Of a stretch of 64,000 nt of DNA, positions 20,961 through 30,782 are shown in pieces (position 1 is the stretch's first letter; every line of letters starts with the position of its first letter). Location: assembly GCA_016177705.1 (NCBI GenBank), contig JACOUT010000005.1, positions 94,374 through 158,373 on the forward strand, given 5' to 3'. The translations under genes and the position numbers were made by a program. This stretch comes from Deltaproteobacteria bacterium. Lineage in GTDB: Bacteria > Myxococcota > UBA727 > VGSZ01. The notes beneath the pieces are model-generated. The model was given only the letters and a program-made list of their open reading frames with translations, was not told where the DNA came from and searched no databases.

Positions 20961-20991
20961 GGGCGTCGGCCGCCGCAGCGCAGGGGGAGCA

Positions 20992-23094
<2,103 letters not shown>

Positions 23095-23117
23095 GGCGTC
23101 CGAGGGCGTCGTGCGAG

Positions 23118-23280
23118 CTACAGCGGTTCCGGCGTGGGTTGATCGGGAAGGAGGCGCAGCAATCGTCGCCGAGCGCAAGGCGCGGCGGAGGGCCAGCCTT
23201 TCTGGCTGGACCGAGCACGCAACGCAGCGATCGGCGACGAGGGCAAGCCGAGGCGGTCAACCCACGCCGGAACCGCTGTA
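23118..23280. repeat. palindromic element: perfect 24-bp terminal inverted repeats (TACAGCGGTTCCGGCGTGGGTTGA / TCAACCCACGCCGGAACCGCTGTA) flanking 115 nt with inner hairpins
   Basis: Read directly from the sequence. The element lies between the uvrB stop (23094) and the next start (23329). An inner hairpin GGCCAGCC-TTTC-TGGCTGG sits near the centre. Confidence 0.85.
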
Positions 23281-23328
23281 AGTGCGTCGCGCCCGTCCGG
23301 TGGTAGGATGCCCCGCTAGAGGAACCCC

Positions 23329-24447
23329 ATGACCTCCCTGAATCGCCTGCTGCTGCTCTCGCTCGCCTGTCTCGTCGCCTTGCCGGCGCTCGCGCCCGCG
23401 GCCCACGCCGCGCCGGATCGCGAGCGCAACAAGAAGGCGCCGGTGGTGGCCATCTTCCCCTTCAAGGTGCTGAACAAGGACGACAAGTTCCAGCACCTGG
23501 GTGAGGGCGCGGCCGAGGCGATCATCAACAAGATCGTCAACGACAAGGCGCTGCGCATCGTCGAGGAGAGCCAGCTCGACAAGGCCATCAACGCCCTGGC
23601 GCGCAACCAGAGCGGCGCCTTCGAGGAGGAGAGCTACCTGACCATCGGCCAGATGGTCGACGCGCGCTACGTCGTCATCGGCAGCGTGCAGGTGGCGGGT
23701 GAGCAGGTGGCGTTGAACGGCCGCCTGCTCGAGGTGGAGACGCGCCAGTTGCTCGCGGCCGAGCGCGTAGTCAAGCCCTACAACGACGTGCTCGGCGGCT
23801 ACGACGAGCTGGCCGCGCGGCTGCTCTCCAAGATGACCTTCCACCTGGCGCAGCGCGTGGCGGGCGGCGACAGCGCCGACGAGATCGCCGTGCGCCAGCT
23901 GATCGAAGAGGCCAAGGCCTTCGACCCGATGTTCCCGCCCGGCACCGACGCGGGCGGCAAGCCGATCGGCAAAGACCCGGGCAAGGCACTCGCCATCTAC
24001 AACAAGGCGGTGCTGCGCGATCCCAAGAACGGCGTCGCGCAGTTGGCACTTGGGCATGCGCAGAGTCGCGCCAGCGCCACCTTGGCGTCGACCGACCCGA
24101 CGCGCGCGCAGAACGTGCTCAAAGACGCGGTCGAGCACCTGCGCACGGCCACCAAGATCGACGGCGGCAACCCCTTCGCCTGGACCGAGCTCGGCCGCTG
24201 CGAGGGGCGCCTGGGCAACCACTCGATGGCCAAGGTGGCGTTCCAACGCGCCATCGACATCGACAACAACTACGTGGCCGCGCACTACGGCATCGCCATC
24301 GCGCACCTCAACCTCGGCGAGCTGCCGGCCGCGCGCGCCGCCGCGCTCAAGGCCCAGCAGAGCGGCGAGGCCCGTGCCGGCGATCTGCTGGCCAACATCG
24401 AGCAGGCGATCGCCGCGCAAAAGAGCAAAGAGAACCCGACGAAGTGA
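23329..24447 (+). CDS. secreted protein with an FlgO/CsgG/LpoB-like N-terminal domain and C-terminal TPR repeats
   Basis: Signal peptide LLLLSLACLVALPALAPAAHA; VAIFPFKVLNKDD...YVVIGSV resembles the TolB-N/LpoB-like fold, and the C-terminal half is TPR-like. Confidence 0.55.
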   Translation: MTSLNRLLLLSLACLVALPALAPAAHAAPDRERNKKAPVVAIFPFKVLNKDDKFQHLGEGAAEAIINKIVNDKALRIVEESQLDKAINALARNQSGAFEEESYLTIGQMVDARYVVIGSVQVAGEQVALNGRLLEVETRQLLAAERVVKPYNDVLGGYDELAARLLSKMTFHLAQRVAGGDSADEIAVRQLIEEAKAFDPMFPPGTDAGGKPIGKDPGKALAIYNKAVLRDPKNGVAQLALGHAQSRASATLASTDPTRAQNVLKDAVEHLRTATKIDGGNPFAWTELGRCEGRLGNHSMAKVAFQRAIDIDNNYVAAHYGIAIAHLNLGELPAARAAALKAQQSGEARAGDLLANIEQAIAAQKSKENPTK

Positions 24448-24512
24448 TAGGCGCCGGCCGTGGCGCCGCATCGAGCAAAAGGCTAGGTCGTGCTCCTCAA
24501 GGAGATCGCGAC

Positions 24513-25487
24513 ATGGCCGACCCCGTCCACAACGTCATCATCATCGGATCGGGCCCCGCGGGGTGGACCGCCGCTATCTACAGCGCGCGCGCCAACCTGG
24601 CGCCGGTGGTGTTCGAGGGCGCGGCGCCGAACATCCCGGGCGGCCAGCTCATGTGGACCAGCGACGTCGAGAACTACCCGGGCTTCCCCGAGGGCATCAA
24701 GGGCCCGGAGATGATGGAGCGCTTCAAGAAGCAGGCGGAGCGCTTCGGCACCACGGTGCACGCGGAGAACGTCGAGAAGATCGACTTCACCAAGCGGCCC
24801 TTCGAGCTGACCTCCGAGAGCGGCCAGGTGCACCGCGCGCGCACGCTCATCATCGCGACCGGCGCCAACGCCAAGCTGATCGGCCTGCCCAAGGAGAAGG
24901 AGCTGATGAACCAGGGCGCGGGCGTCTCCGCCTGCGCCACCTGCGACGGCGCCTTCTACAAGGGCGAGGAGCTGGTGGTCGTCGGCGGCGGCGACTCGGC
25001 GCTCGAGGAGGCGCTGTTCCTGACGCGCTTCGCCTCCAAGGTGACGTTGGTGCACCGGCGCGCCGAGTTCCGCGCCTCCAAGATCATGGTCGACCGCATC
25101 AAGGCGCACCCCAAGATCGCGCTCGCGCTCGACGCCGAGGTCTGCGACATCGTCACCGAGAAGAAGCAGGTCGGCCCCTTCGAGAAGGACTGGCTGGTCG
25201 GCGTCAAGCTCAAGAGCACCAAGGACGGCTCGGTCAGGCCACTCAAGGCGGGCGGCCTGTTCGTCGCCATCGGCCACGCGCCGAACACGTCGCTGTTCAA
25301 GGGCGTGCTCGACATGGACGACAAGGGCTACCTGGTGACCAAGGGCAAGACCACGCGCATGAACGTCGAGGGCGTGTTCGCGTGCGGTGACGCGCAGGAC
25401 AGCCACTATCGGCAAGCGGTGACGGCGGCGGGCTCCGGGTGCGCCGCGGCCATCGACGCGGAGCGGTGGTTGGCCGAGCACGGCTGA
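24513..25487 (+). CDS. trxB: thioredoxin-disulfide reductase
   Basis: The protein carries IIIGSGPAGWTAAIY (FAD binding), the redox-active CATCDG motif and GGGDSALEEALFL (NADPH binding). Confidence 0.9.
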   Translation: MADPVHNVIIIGSGPAGWTAAIYSARANLAPVVFEGAAPNIPGGQLMWTSDVENYPGFPEGIKGPEMMERFKKQAERFGTTVHAENVEKIDFTKRPFELTSESGQVHRARTLIIATGANAKLIGLPKEKELMNQGAGVSACATCDGAFYKGEELVVVGGGDSALEEALFLTRFASKVTLVHRRAEFRASKIMVDRIKAHPKIALALDAEVCDIVTEKKQVGPFEKDWLVGVKLKSTKDGSVRPLKAGGLFVAIGHAPNTSLFKGVLDMDDKGYLVTKGKTTRMNVEGVFACGDAQDSHYRQAVTAAGSGCAAAIDAERWLAEHG

Positions 25488-25551
25488 TGGGCGTCACGCG
25501 AAGGTTGGCGCCTTCTTTGCGCCTCCGCGCCCGGCGTGCCACAACCGGGGC

Positions 25552-26019
25552 ATGGCGGTCGACGTCGCCTCGCTCAAGAAGGTCGGGCTCTTCGAGAGCC
25601 TCTTGCCCGAGCACCTGAAGCTCGTGGCCGGCATCGTCGAGGAGCGCACCTTCCCGCCCAGCACCAAGATCTTCGGCGACGGCGACGCGGCCGATCGCTT
25701 CTATTTCATCGTGCAGGGCAAGGTGCGCGTGTCCAAGCAGATCCCCGGCGTGGGCGAGGAGGCGCTCGCCATCCTCGAACCCGGCGACTACTTCGGCGAG
25801 ATGGCGCTGATCGACGAGTCGCCGCGCTCGGCCGACGCCATCACCAACACCACGGTGGTGCTCGGTAGCATCGCCAAGGCGACCTTCGAGGATCTCTTGT
25901 TCATGAACAAGGATCTCGCCTACGACATGCTGTGGACGTTCGTGCGCACGCTGTCGTCGCGCCTGCGCGAGACCAACGAGAAGATGCGCGCTTTCCTGGT
26001 GCTCGCCGGCAAGTTCTGA
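25552..26019 (+). CDS. cyclic nucleotide-binding domain protein
   Basis: The cNMP-binding signature GDYFGEMALID...RSADA is present in a 155-aa protein. Confidence 0.8.
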   Translation: MAVDVASLKKVGLFESLLPEHLKLVAGIVEERTFPPSTKIFGDGDAADRFYFIVQGKVRVSKQIPGVGEEALAILEPGDYFGEMALIDESPRSADAITNTTVVLGSIAKATFEDLLFMNKDLAYDMLWTFVRTLSSRLRETNEKMRAFLVLAGKF

Positions 26020-26039
26020 AGACTCAGCAGGCGGAGTCT

Positions 26040-26370
26040 GGGGCTTGTTGTCCCGCCTTCGTGCGGGGGTCGCTGCTCTCGCGAGAGCAGAGGGCCGTGC
26101 TGCCGCGACCGCCCCCACCCCTGCCCCTCCCCTGCGGGGAGGGCCGTGCAGAGATGATCGGCCTTGACGTTGCTAGCGGCGCATATCGGAGCGCAGAGCC
26201 CGGCACGGCCCTCCCCGCAGGGGAGGGATCCAGGGTGGGGGCGTTCGAGTCTGGCAGTGGCGCCGTTGTTGGCGCGCCCCTGCGCACTTCGCTCGTCGGC
26301 GTCGCAACAAGGAGCTGCCGCCTGCTCTCGCGAGAGCAGCGACCGTTCATGGGGCGGGACGACAAGCCCC
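26040..26370. repeat. compound palindromic element (~330 bp): two inverted ~120-nt arms, each carrying the same sub-hairpins
   Basis: Arms are GGGGCTTGTYGTCCCGCC..GTCGCTGCTCTCGCGAGAGCAG..CGCCCCCACCCYTG..CCCTCCCCTGCGGGGAGGGCCGTGC on the left, with the reverse complement on the right. The right arm has an ~80-nt insertion. Each arm holds a perfect 20-nt self-palindrome (GCTGCTCTCGCGAGAGCAGC) and an 8-bp GC hairpin. Confidence 0.85.
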
Positions 26371-26421
26371 AGCTCCCTCATCTTGGTCCCTTCTCAACCG
26401 TTTCGGCGATTGAACGGATCG

Positions 26422-27291
26422 TCAGCCCTTGAGCGCCCCGGACTTCGGCCGGGCGGCGACGTTGGGCGTCGGGCGGCCCTTGGGCGCGTCCGCCGCCGGC
26501 ACCGGGCGCCCGCTCTTCTTGGCGCGGTCGATGCGGAACTGCTCGCCCACCTGCTTGCGGTCGCCGACGGCGAAGAACGAGTCGTGCGCGCCCTGCATCT
26601 CCTCGATGATGTGCGTGGTCACGTCGCGCAGGATGGCGCCGGCCGGGTCGAGCACCTCGCGGTCGGTGACGAAGTTCTTGGTCTTCTTCACCTTGGGATC
26701 CGCGGCCGCGCGCACCACGGTCAAGTACACGGCCAAAGCCTGCGCGCTCTTGTACGTCTGGATCCCGAGCTGAAACTTGAGATCGCGCTTCGCCGAGAGG
26801 AAGGTCGCGAAGTCGATACCGAGATCCTGCAAGAGCTCGTTGTCCCCGATCACCTTCACGAGATCACGATGTCCGAGCACGACGTTGAGCTGAGCGATGC
26901 GCGGGTCCTTGCAGAGGGCGTCGAGGCGCGGCCTCGGCAGCGAAGCTATCAGGTGGCCGATCACCTCGAACTCGCGCGGCGCGTCGCCGAAGCGGTTCTG
27001 CCACTCGTGGCGCGCGCGCGCCTCGATCGGTGTCACGGTGTGCTCGAGCGCCTTCCAGCGCTCGAGAAACTCGAGGTGTGGGCGCGGCCCCTCGTCCTCG
27101 ACGGGCGGCGCGCCCTTCCTCCTCTTCTCGGCCTCCGCCTTGGCGAGCGCCTCATCGGCCTCCTTGCGGTCGGTGCGCAGCTCCTCGGCCTTCTTCTCGT
27201 GGGTGCGCGCCTTGACCAGGGGCCCCGGATCCGGCTTCTTCAGCCGCAGCGACTCGGGCACCGTATGCGGCAGCTTCGAGGTAAACTTCAT
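26422..27291 (-). CDS. hypothetical protein with a Lys/Glu-rich N-terminus
   Basis: Long ORF with plausible composition and no recognised motif. Confidence 0.45.
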   Translation of the reverse strand: MKFTSKLPHTVPESLRLKKPDPGPLVKARTHEKKAEELRTDRKEADEALAKAEAEKRRKGAPPVEDEGPRPHLEFLERWKALEHTVTPIEARARHEWQNRFGDAPREFEVIGHLIASLPRPRLDALCKDPRIAQLNVVLGHRDLVKVIGDNELLQDLGIDFATFLSAKRDLKFQLGIQTYKSAQALAVYLTVVRAAADPKVKKTKNFVTDREVLDPAGAILRDVTTHIIEEMQGAHDSFFAVGDRKQVGEQFRIDRAKKSGRPVPAADAPKGRPTPNVAARPKSGALKG

Positions 27292-27308
27292 GGCAGCGAG
27301 CGTAGCGC

Positions 27309-27788
27309 ATGGCGTCTGGTGCGGGCCGGAGGAGAGGGATGAGGGGGCTGCCCATCGTCGTCGAGGACGAGCCGCACGCGCTCGCCGCGCACTGGCCCGA
27401 GCCGGTGCTGTCGCTCACGGACGGTGAGCGGCAAAAGCGGGTGCGCGCCGGCGCCGAGAGCGTCATGCTCGACGACGTCAGCGCAGGTGCGCGCCGCACG
27501 CGCGGCTTCGTGCGCGCGGTGCTGAGGGTGCCGCTCGGCCACCCGCGCGGGCAGGCGTACGGGGTCTTCGTCGAGGTCGATCGCCGCGCCTATGAGGCGT
27601 TGCGTCGCGCGCACCAGACCGGCGTTGCGGCGCGCGTGTGGGGCACGCTCGCCACGCGGCTGCCGTACCTGGAAGATGCCTACGGCGCGGCGGTCGAGAT
27701 CGTGGAGGACGGCACCGAGCTTCGGCCGCGCGTCGTCGACGCACGCTCGACCCTGCTGCGCGACGGGCCGCCGATCGGACCGCGCTAA
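27309..27788 (+). CDS. hypothetical protein
   Basis: The ORF starts 18 nt after the divergent upstream start. A start at MRGLPIVV (27339) is possible. Confidence 0.4.
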   Translation: MASGAGRRRGMRGLPIVVEDEPHALAAHWPEPVLSLTDGERQKRVRAGAESVMLDDVSAGARRTRGFVRAVLRVPLGHPRGQAYGVFVEVDRRAYEALRRAHQTGVAARVWGTLATRLPYLEDAYGAAVEIVEDGTELRPRVVDARSTLLRDGPPIGPR

Positions 27789-27870
27789 TGCGCCCCAGCG
27801 GGCTATCGCCAGAATCGACCGATCGGCCTACTCGATCGCACCCCCATACGACCGGGCGTAGAGTCTGCGC

Positions 27871-28200
27871 GTGACCGAGGAAAACCGCCGGCGCCACCCG
27901 CGCGTCGACATCCCCTTGCTCGTTCAATACCGCTTCGGAGCGCTCGAAGAGTTCCGCACCGACTACGCGCTGAACGTGTCACGCTCGGGGCTGTTCATCA
28001 GCACGGACGAGCAGCGCCCCGCCGGCACGCGCGTCTACGTGCAGCTCACCACGCGGGACGGTCAGCACTTCCTGCAGGGCGAGGGCCGCGTTGTGCGCAG
28101 CGCGGAGGGCGGGCACGCCATCGAGCTGGTCGGCTTCGACGAGGCCGCCCAGCAGGTGTTGGAGCGGCTGGTGCAAGAGGCCCTGGCGCGACGGGCCTGA
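27871..28200 (+). CDS. PilZ domain protein (putative c-di-GMP receptor)
   Basis: The PilZ signature RRHPRVDIPLLVQYRF...DYALNVSRSGLFIS (RxxxR...DxSxxG) is present. Confidence 0.75.
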   Translation: MTEENRRRHPRVDIPLLVQYRFGALEEFRTDYALNVSRSGLFISTDEQRPAGTRVYVQLTTRDGQHFLQGEGRVVRSAEGGHAIELVGFDEAAQQVLERLVQEALARRA

Positions 28201-28207
28201 CCAGTAG

Positions 28208-28231
28208 CCCCCCGCGCTTGACCGCGGGTTT
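28208..28231 (+). terminator. possible weak intrinsic terminator after the PilZ gene
   Basis: The hairpin is CCCGCG-cttgac-CGCGGG followed by TTTG. Confidence 0.3.
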
Positions 28232-28275
28232 GCCCGACGGCTAGCGTGCACCGCAACTTGCTTCCGAGGTGACGG

Positions 28276-28995
28276 ATGACGTCGACGTCGTCGAACGCGC
28301 GCGCGCGCCAGATCGTGGATCTCCTGAAGGAGGTCCCACTGTTCGCCGGCATGACCGACGACGATCTGGCTCGGCTGAGCCTGCTCATCACCGAGAAGCA
28401 CTACCCGCGGGACACCGTGGTGGTGTCGGCCACCGACCCGGGTGACGCCCTCTACATCGTCGCCGAGGGCGAGGTGAAGGTCTCGCTCTGGTCCGACAAC
28501 GGGCGGGAGATCATCCTGTCCACGCTCGGGCCGGGCAGCTTCTTCGGCGAGATGAGCCTGGTCGACGGCGAGCCCCGCTCCGCCAACGTGGCCTGCCTGA
28601 CCGACGCGCTGCTGTTGCGCCTTGGCAGGAAGGAATTCCTGCAGGCGCTGCGCAGCTACCCCACCATCGCCATCAACGTCATGACCGAGGTGTGCGTCCG
28701 CCTGCGCCGCGCCGACGAGAGCATCGGCAACCTGGCGCTGCTCGACGTCTACGGCCGCGTCGCCCGCTTCCTGCTCGAGCGCTGCGAGGAGGAGGGCGAG
28801 GTGGTGCCCGAGGGTCACCTGATCAAGAAGATCCCGACGCAGCAGCACATCGCGAGCCGCATCGGCACCAGCCGCGAGACCGTCAGCCGCGCGCTCTCCG
28901 AGTTCCAGCGCCGCGGCTTCATCGAGCAGCGCGGCAAGGGCCTGCTGGTGCGCGAAGGGCTCGACCCCAAGGCGGTGTCCCGCTCGCGGAACTGA
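28276..28995 (+). CDS. Crp/Fnr family transcriptional regulator
   Basis: A cNMP-binding domain (FFGEMSLVDGEPRSANV) is followed by a C-terminal HTH (QQHIASRIGTSRETVSRALSEFQRRG). Confidence 0.85.
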   Translation: MTSTSSNARARQIVDLLKEVPLFAGMTDDDLARLSLLITEKHYPRDTVVVSATDPGDALYIVAEGEVKVSLWSDNGREIILSTLGPGSFFGEMSLVDGEPRSANVACLTDALLLRLGRKEFLQALRSYPTIAINVMTEVCVRLRRADESIGNLALLDVYGRVARFLLERCEEEGEVVPEGHLIKKIPTQQHIASRIGTSRETVSRALSEFQRRGFIEQRGKGLLVREGLDPKAVSRSRN

Positions 28996-29025
28996 GCGCG
29001 GCCGAACGTCTCGCTCGTCCGGCGC

Positions 29026-29694
29026 TCAGCGGCCCGCAGGCCGCGCGCGTGCGAACACGAAGCGCTGTGGCGGCGCGTCGAGCGCGTCGAGCACGGCGCG
29101 CATCGCCTGGCCACGATGGGAGATGGCGTGCTTCTGGTCGGCGGACAGCTCCGCCATGCGCCGCGGCGCGTGCGCCACCGGAATGAACAGCGGGTCGTAG
29201 CCGAAGCCGCCGCTACCGGCGCGATCGCGCGCGATGTGTCCCTCGACGGTGCCGAAGGCCTCGCGCACGTCGCCACCTTCGACCGCCACGGCGCACACGG
29301 CGCATGCGAAGCGCGCCGTCCGTCGCTCGTCGGGCACCGGACCGAGCAGCAGCAGCAACAGATCGTTGTTGGCCTCGTCGCCCGCGCCGGTGCCGTGGTC
29401 GGCGGCGAAGCGCGCCGAGCGCACCCCCGGCTTGCCGTCGAGCGCGTCGACCACCAGGCCGCTGTCGTCGGCCAGCACCCAAGCGGTCTCCTTGGCCACG
29501 CCGGGTGGCAGCGCGGCCCTGGCGGCGCGCGCCTTGATGCGCGCGTTGTCGGCGAAGGTGGCGCCGTTCTCGTCGATGTCCAGATCGGCGAGACCGACCT
29601 CAGCCAGCGTGCGCACCAGGAAGCGTCCGCGTGCCAGTTCGGTCAGCTCACGACCCTTCTTCTGGTTCTGCGTGGCGAGGACGATCGCCCTCAC
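29026..29694 (-). CDS. rdgB: non-canonical purine NTP pyrophosphatase (dITP/XTP pyrophosphatase, Ham1/RdgB family)
   Basis: The GTG start overlaps the rph stop (GTGA). Motifs ATQNQKKGRE, FADNARIKA and GFGYDPLF are present. Confidence 0.85.
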   Translation of the reverse strand: MRAIVLATQNQKKGRELTELARGRFLVRTLAEVGLADLDIDENGATFADNARIKARAARAALPPGVAKETAWVLADDSGLVVDALDGKPGVRSARFAADHGTGAGDEANNDLLLLLLGPVPDERRTARFACAVCAVAVEGGDVREAFGTVEGHIARDRAGSGGFGYDPLFIPVAHAPRRMAELSADQKHAISHRGQAMRAVLDALDAPPQRFVFARARPAGR

Positions 29695-30434
29695 GCCCAA
29701 ATCCCGGCGAGCGCGGCGCGCTGCTTGGCGCACAGCTCGGCGATGGCGGCGGTGCCCTGATCGAGGATGGCGAGGAGCTGCTCGCGCGTCATCGGCTCGC
29801 CTTCGGCGGTGCCTTGCACCTCGACCAGCGTGCCGTCGTCGCGCGCCACCAGGTTGAAGTCGGTCTCGGCGCGCACGTCCTCGGCGTAGCACAGGTCGGT
29901 CCACACCTGGCCCTCGAGCACGCCGAGCGAGACGGCGGCCACCTGCGCGCTCAGCACGTCGCGCAAGCTCTTGGCCTTCATCGAGAGCTTCTTCTTGAAC
30001 AGCTCGTTGACGCAGAGAGCCACCGCGACAAAGGCACCGGTGATCGAGGCGGTGCGGGTGCCGCCGTCGGCCACCAGCACGTCGCAGTCGACGGTCAAGG
30101 TGCGTTGGCCAATGACGTCGATGTCCACGACGTTGCGCAGCGCGCGCCCAATAAGCCGTTGGATCTCGACGGAGCGCGCGTCCTGCTTGCCGCGCGAGAT
30201 ATCGCGCTGCTTGCGGTCATGCGTGGCGGCCGGCAGCATCGAGTACTCGGCGGTCATCCAGCCGCCGCCGCTGCCGAGGCGGTGGGGCGGCACCCGCTCC
30301 TCGACGGTGCAGACGCACAGCACGCGCGTAGTGCCGAAGTGGACGATGACGCTGCCCGGGTGGTGCGGGATGACACCGGTCTCGAAGCGGACGTCGCGTA
30401 GGTCGGTCGGCTTGCGCCCGTCGGGTCTCGGCAT
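29691..30434 (-). CDS. rph: ribonuclease PH
   Basis: The N-terminus RPDGRKPTDLRDV, GSVIVHFGTTRVLC and VLVADGGTRTASITGA match RNase PH. The start is taken at MPRPDGR. Confidence 0.9.
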   Translation of the reverse strand: MPRPDGRKPTDLRDVRFETGVIPHHPGSVIVHFGTTRVLCVCTVEERVPPHRLGSGGGWMTAEYSMLPAATHDRKQRDISRGKQDARSVEIQRLIGRALRNVVDIDVIGQRTLTVDCDVLVADGGTRTASITGAFVAVALCVNELFKKKLSMKAKSLRDVLSAQVAAVSLGVLEGQVWTDLCYAEDVRAETDFNLVARDDGTLVEVQGTAEGEPMTREQLLAILDQGTAAIAELCAKQRAALAGIWA

Positions 30435-30498
30435 GGGCACACCAAACCAGAAAACGTCGCCCGCGCCAAACGCGCCCGGCGTACGCGACTGCACCCGG

Positions 30499-30553
30499 GA
30501 AAAAAATCGAGAGCTCGACCACGGCACGGGGGGGACGCCGCGTTCGAGCTCTC
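30499..30553 (-). terminator. rho-independent terminator (minus strand) between the MVP homologue and rph
   Basis: On the minus strand the structure is GAGAGCTCGAA-[22 nt]-TCGAGCTCTC followed by GATTTTTTTCC, an 11-bp stem with a 7-T tract. Confidence 0.5.
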
Positions 30554-30782
30554 ACAAACAGCCGATTTCGACCTGGGGGGAAGTCTTATCAGCCGGCTGC
30601 TTGCACGGACCTACGTAGCACATGACGTGCCATCATCGCCGCCGCGTCCCACCGCGGGCCACAGAGTGCCACTGCGGCAAACTTACCATCACGAACGGGC
30701 GAGTTACTGCCTGAACGCGTGGGGATCTCCTGTTCTGGAAACACCACGAGTGAGGTAAGTTCACCACGGATAGCCCGACTGG

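Noticed and set aside
26040-26370. Retron (msr/msd) hypothesis for the compound palindrome
   Set aside because: Retron msd/msr regions are followed by a reverse-transcriptase gene on the same strand. Neither flanking gene has RT motifs (no YxDD), so the element is more likely a MITE/REP-like repeat or a terminator complex.
25932-26432. 166-aa ORF across the palindromic element
   Set aside because: The ORF arises only from reading through the GC-rich hairpins (translation PPPPLPLPCGEGRAE...). There is no RBS, and it overlaps the symmetric repeat structure.
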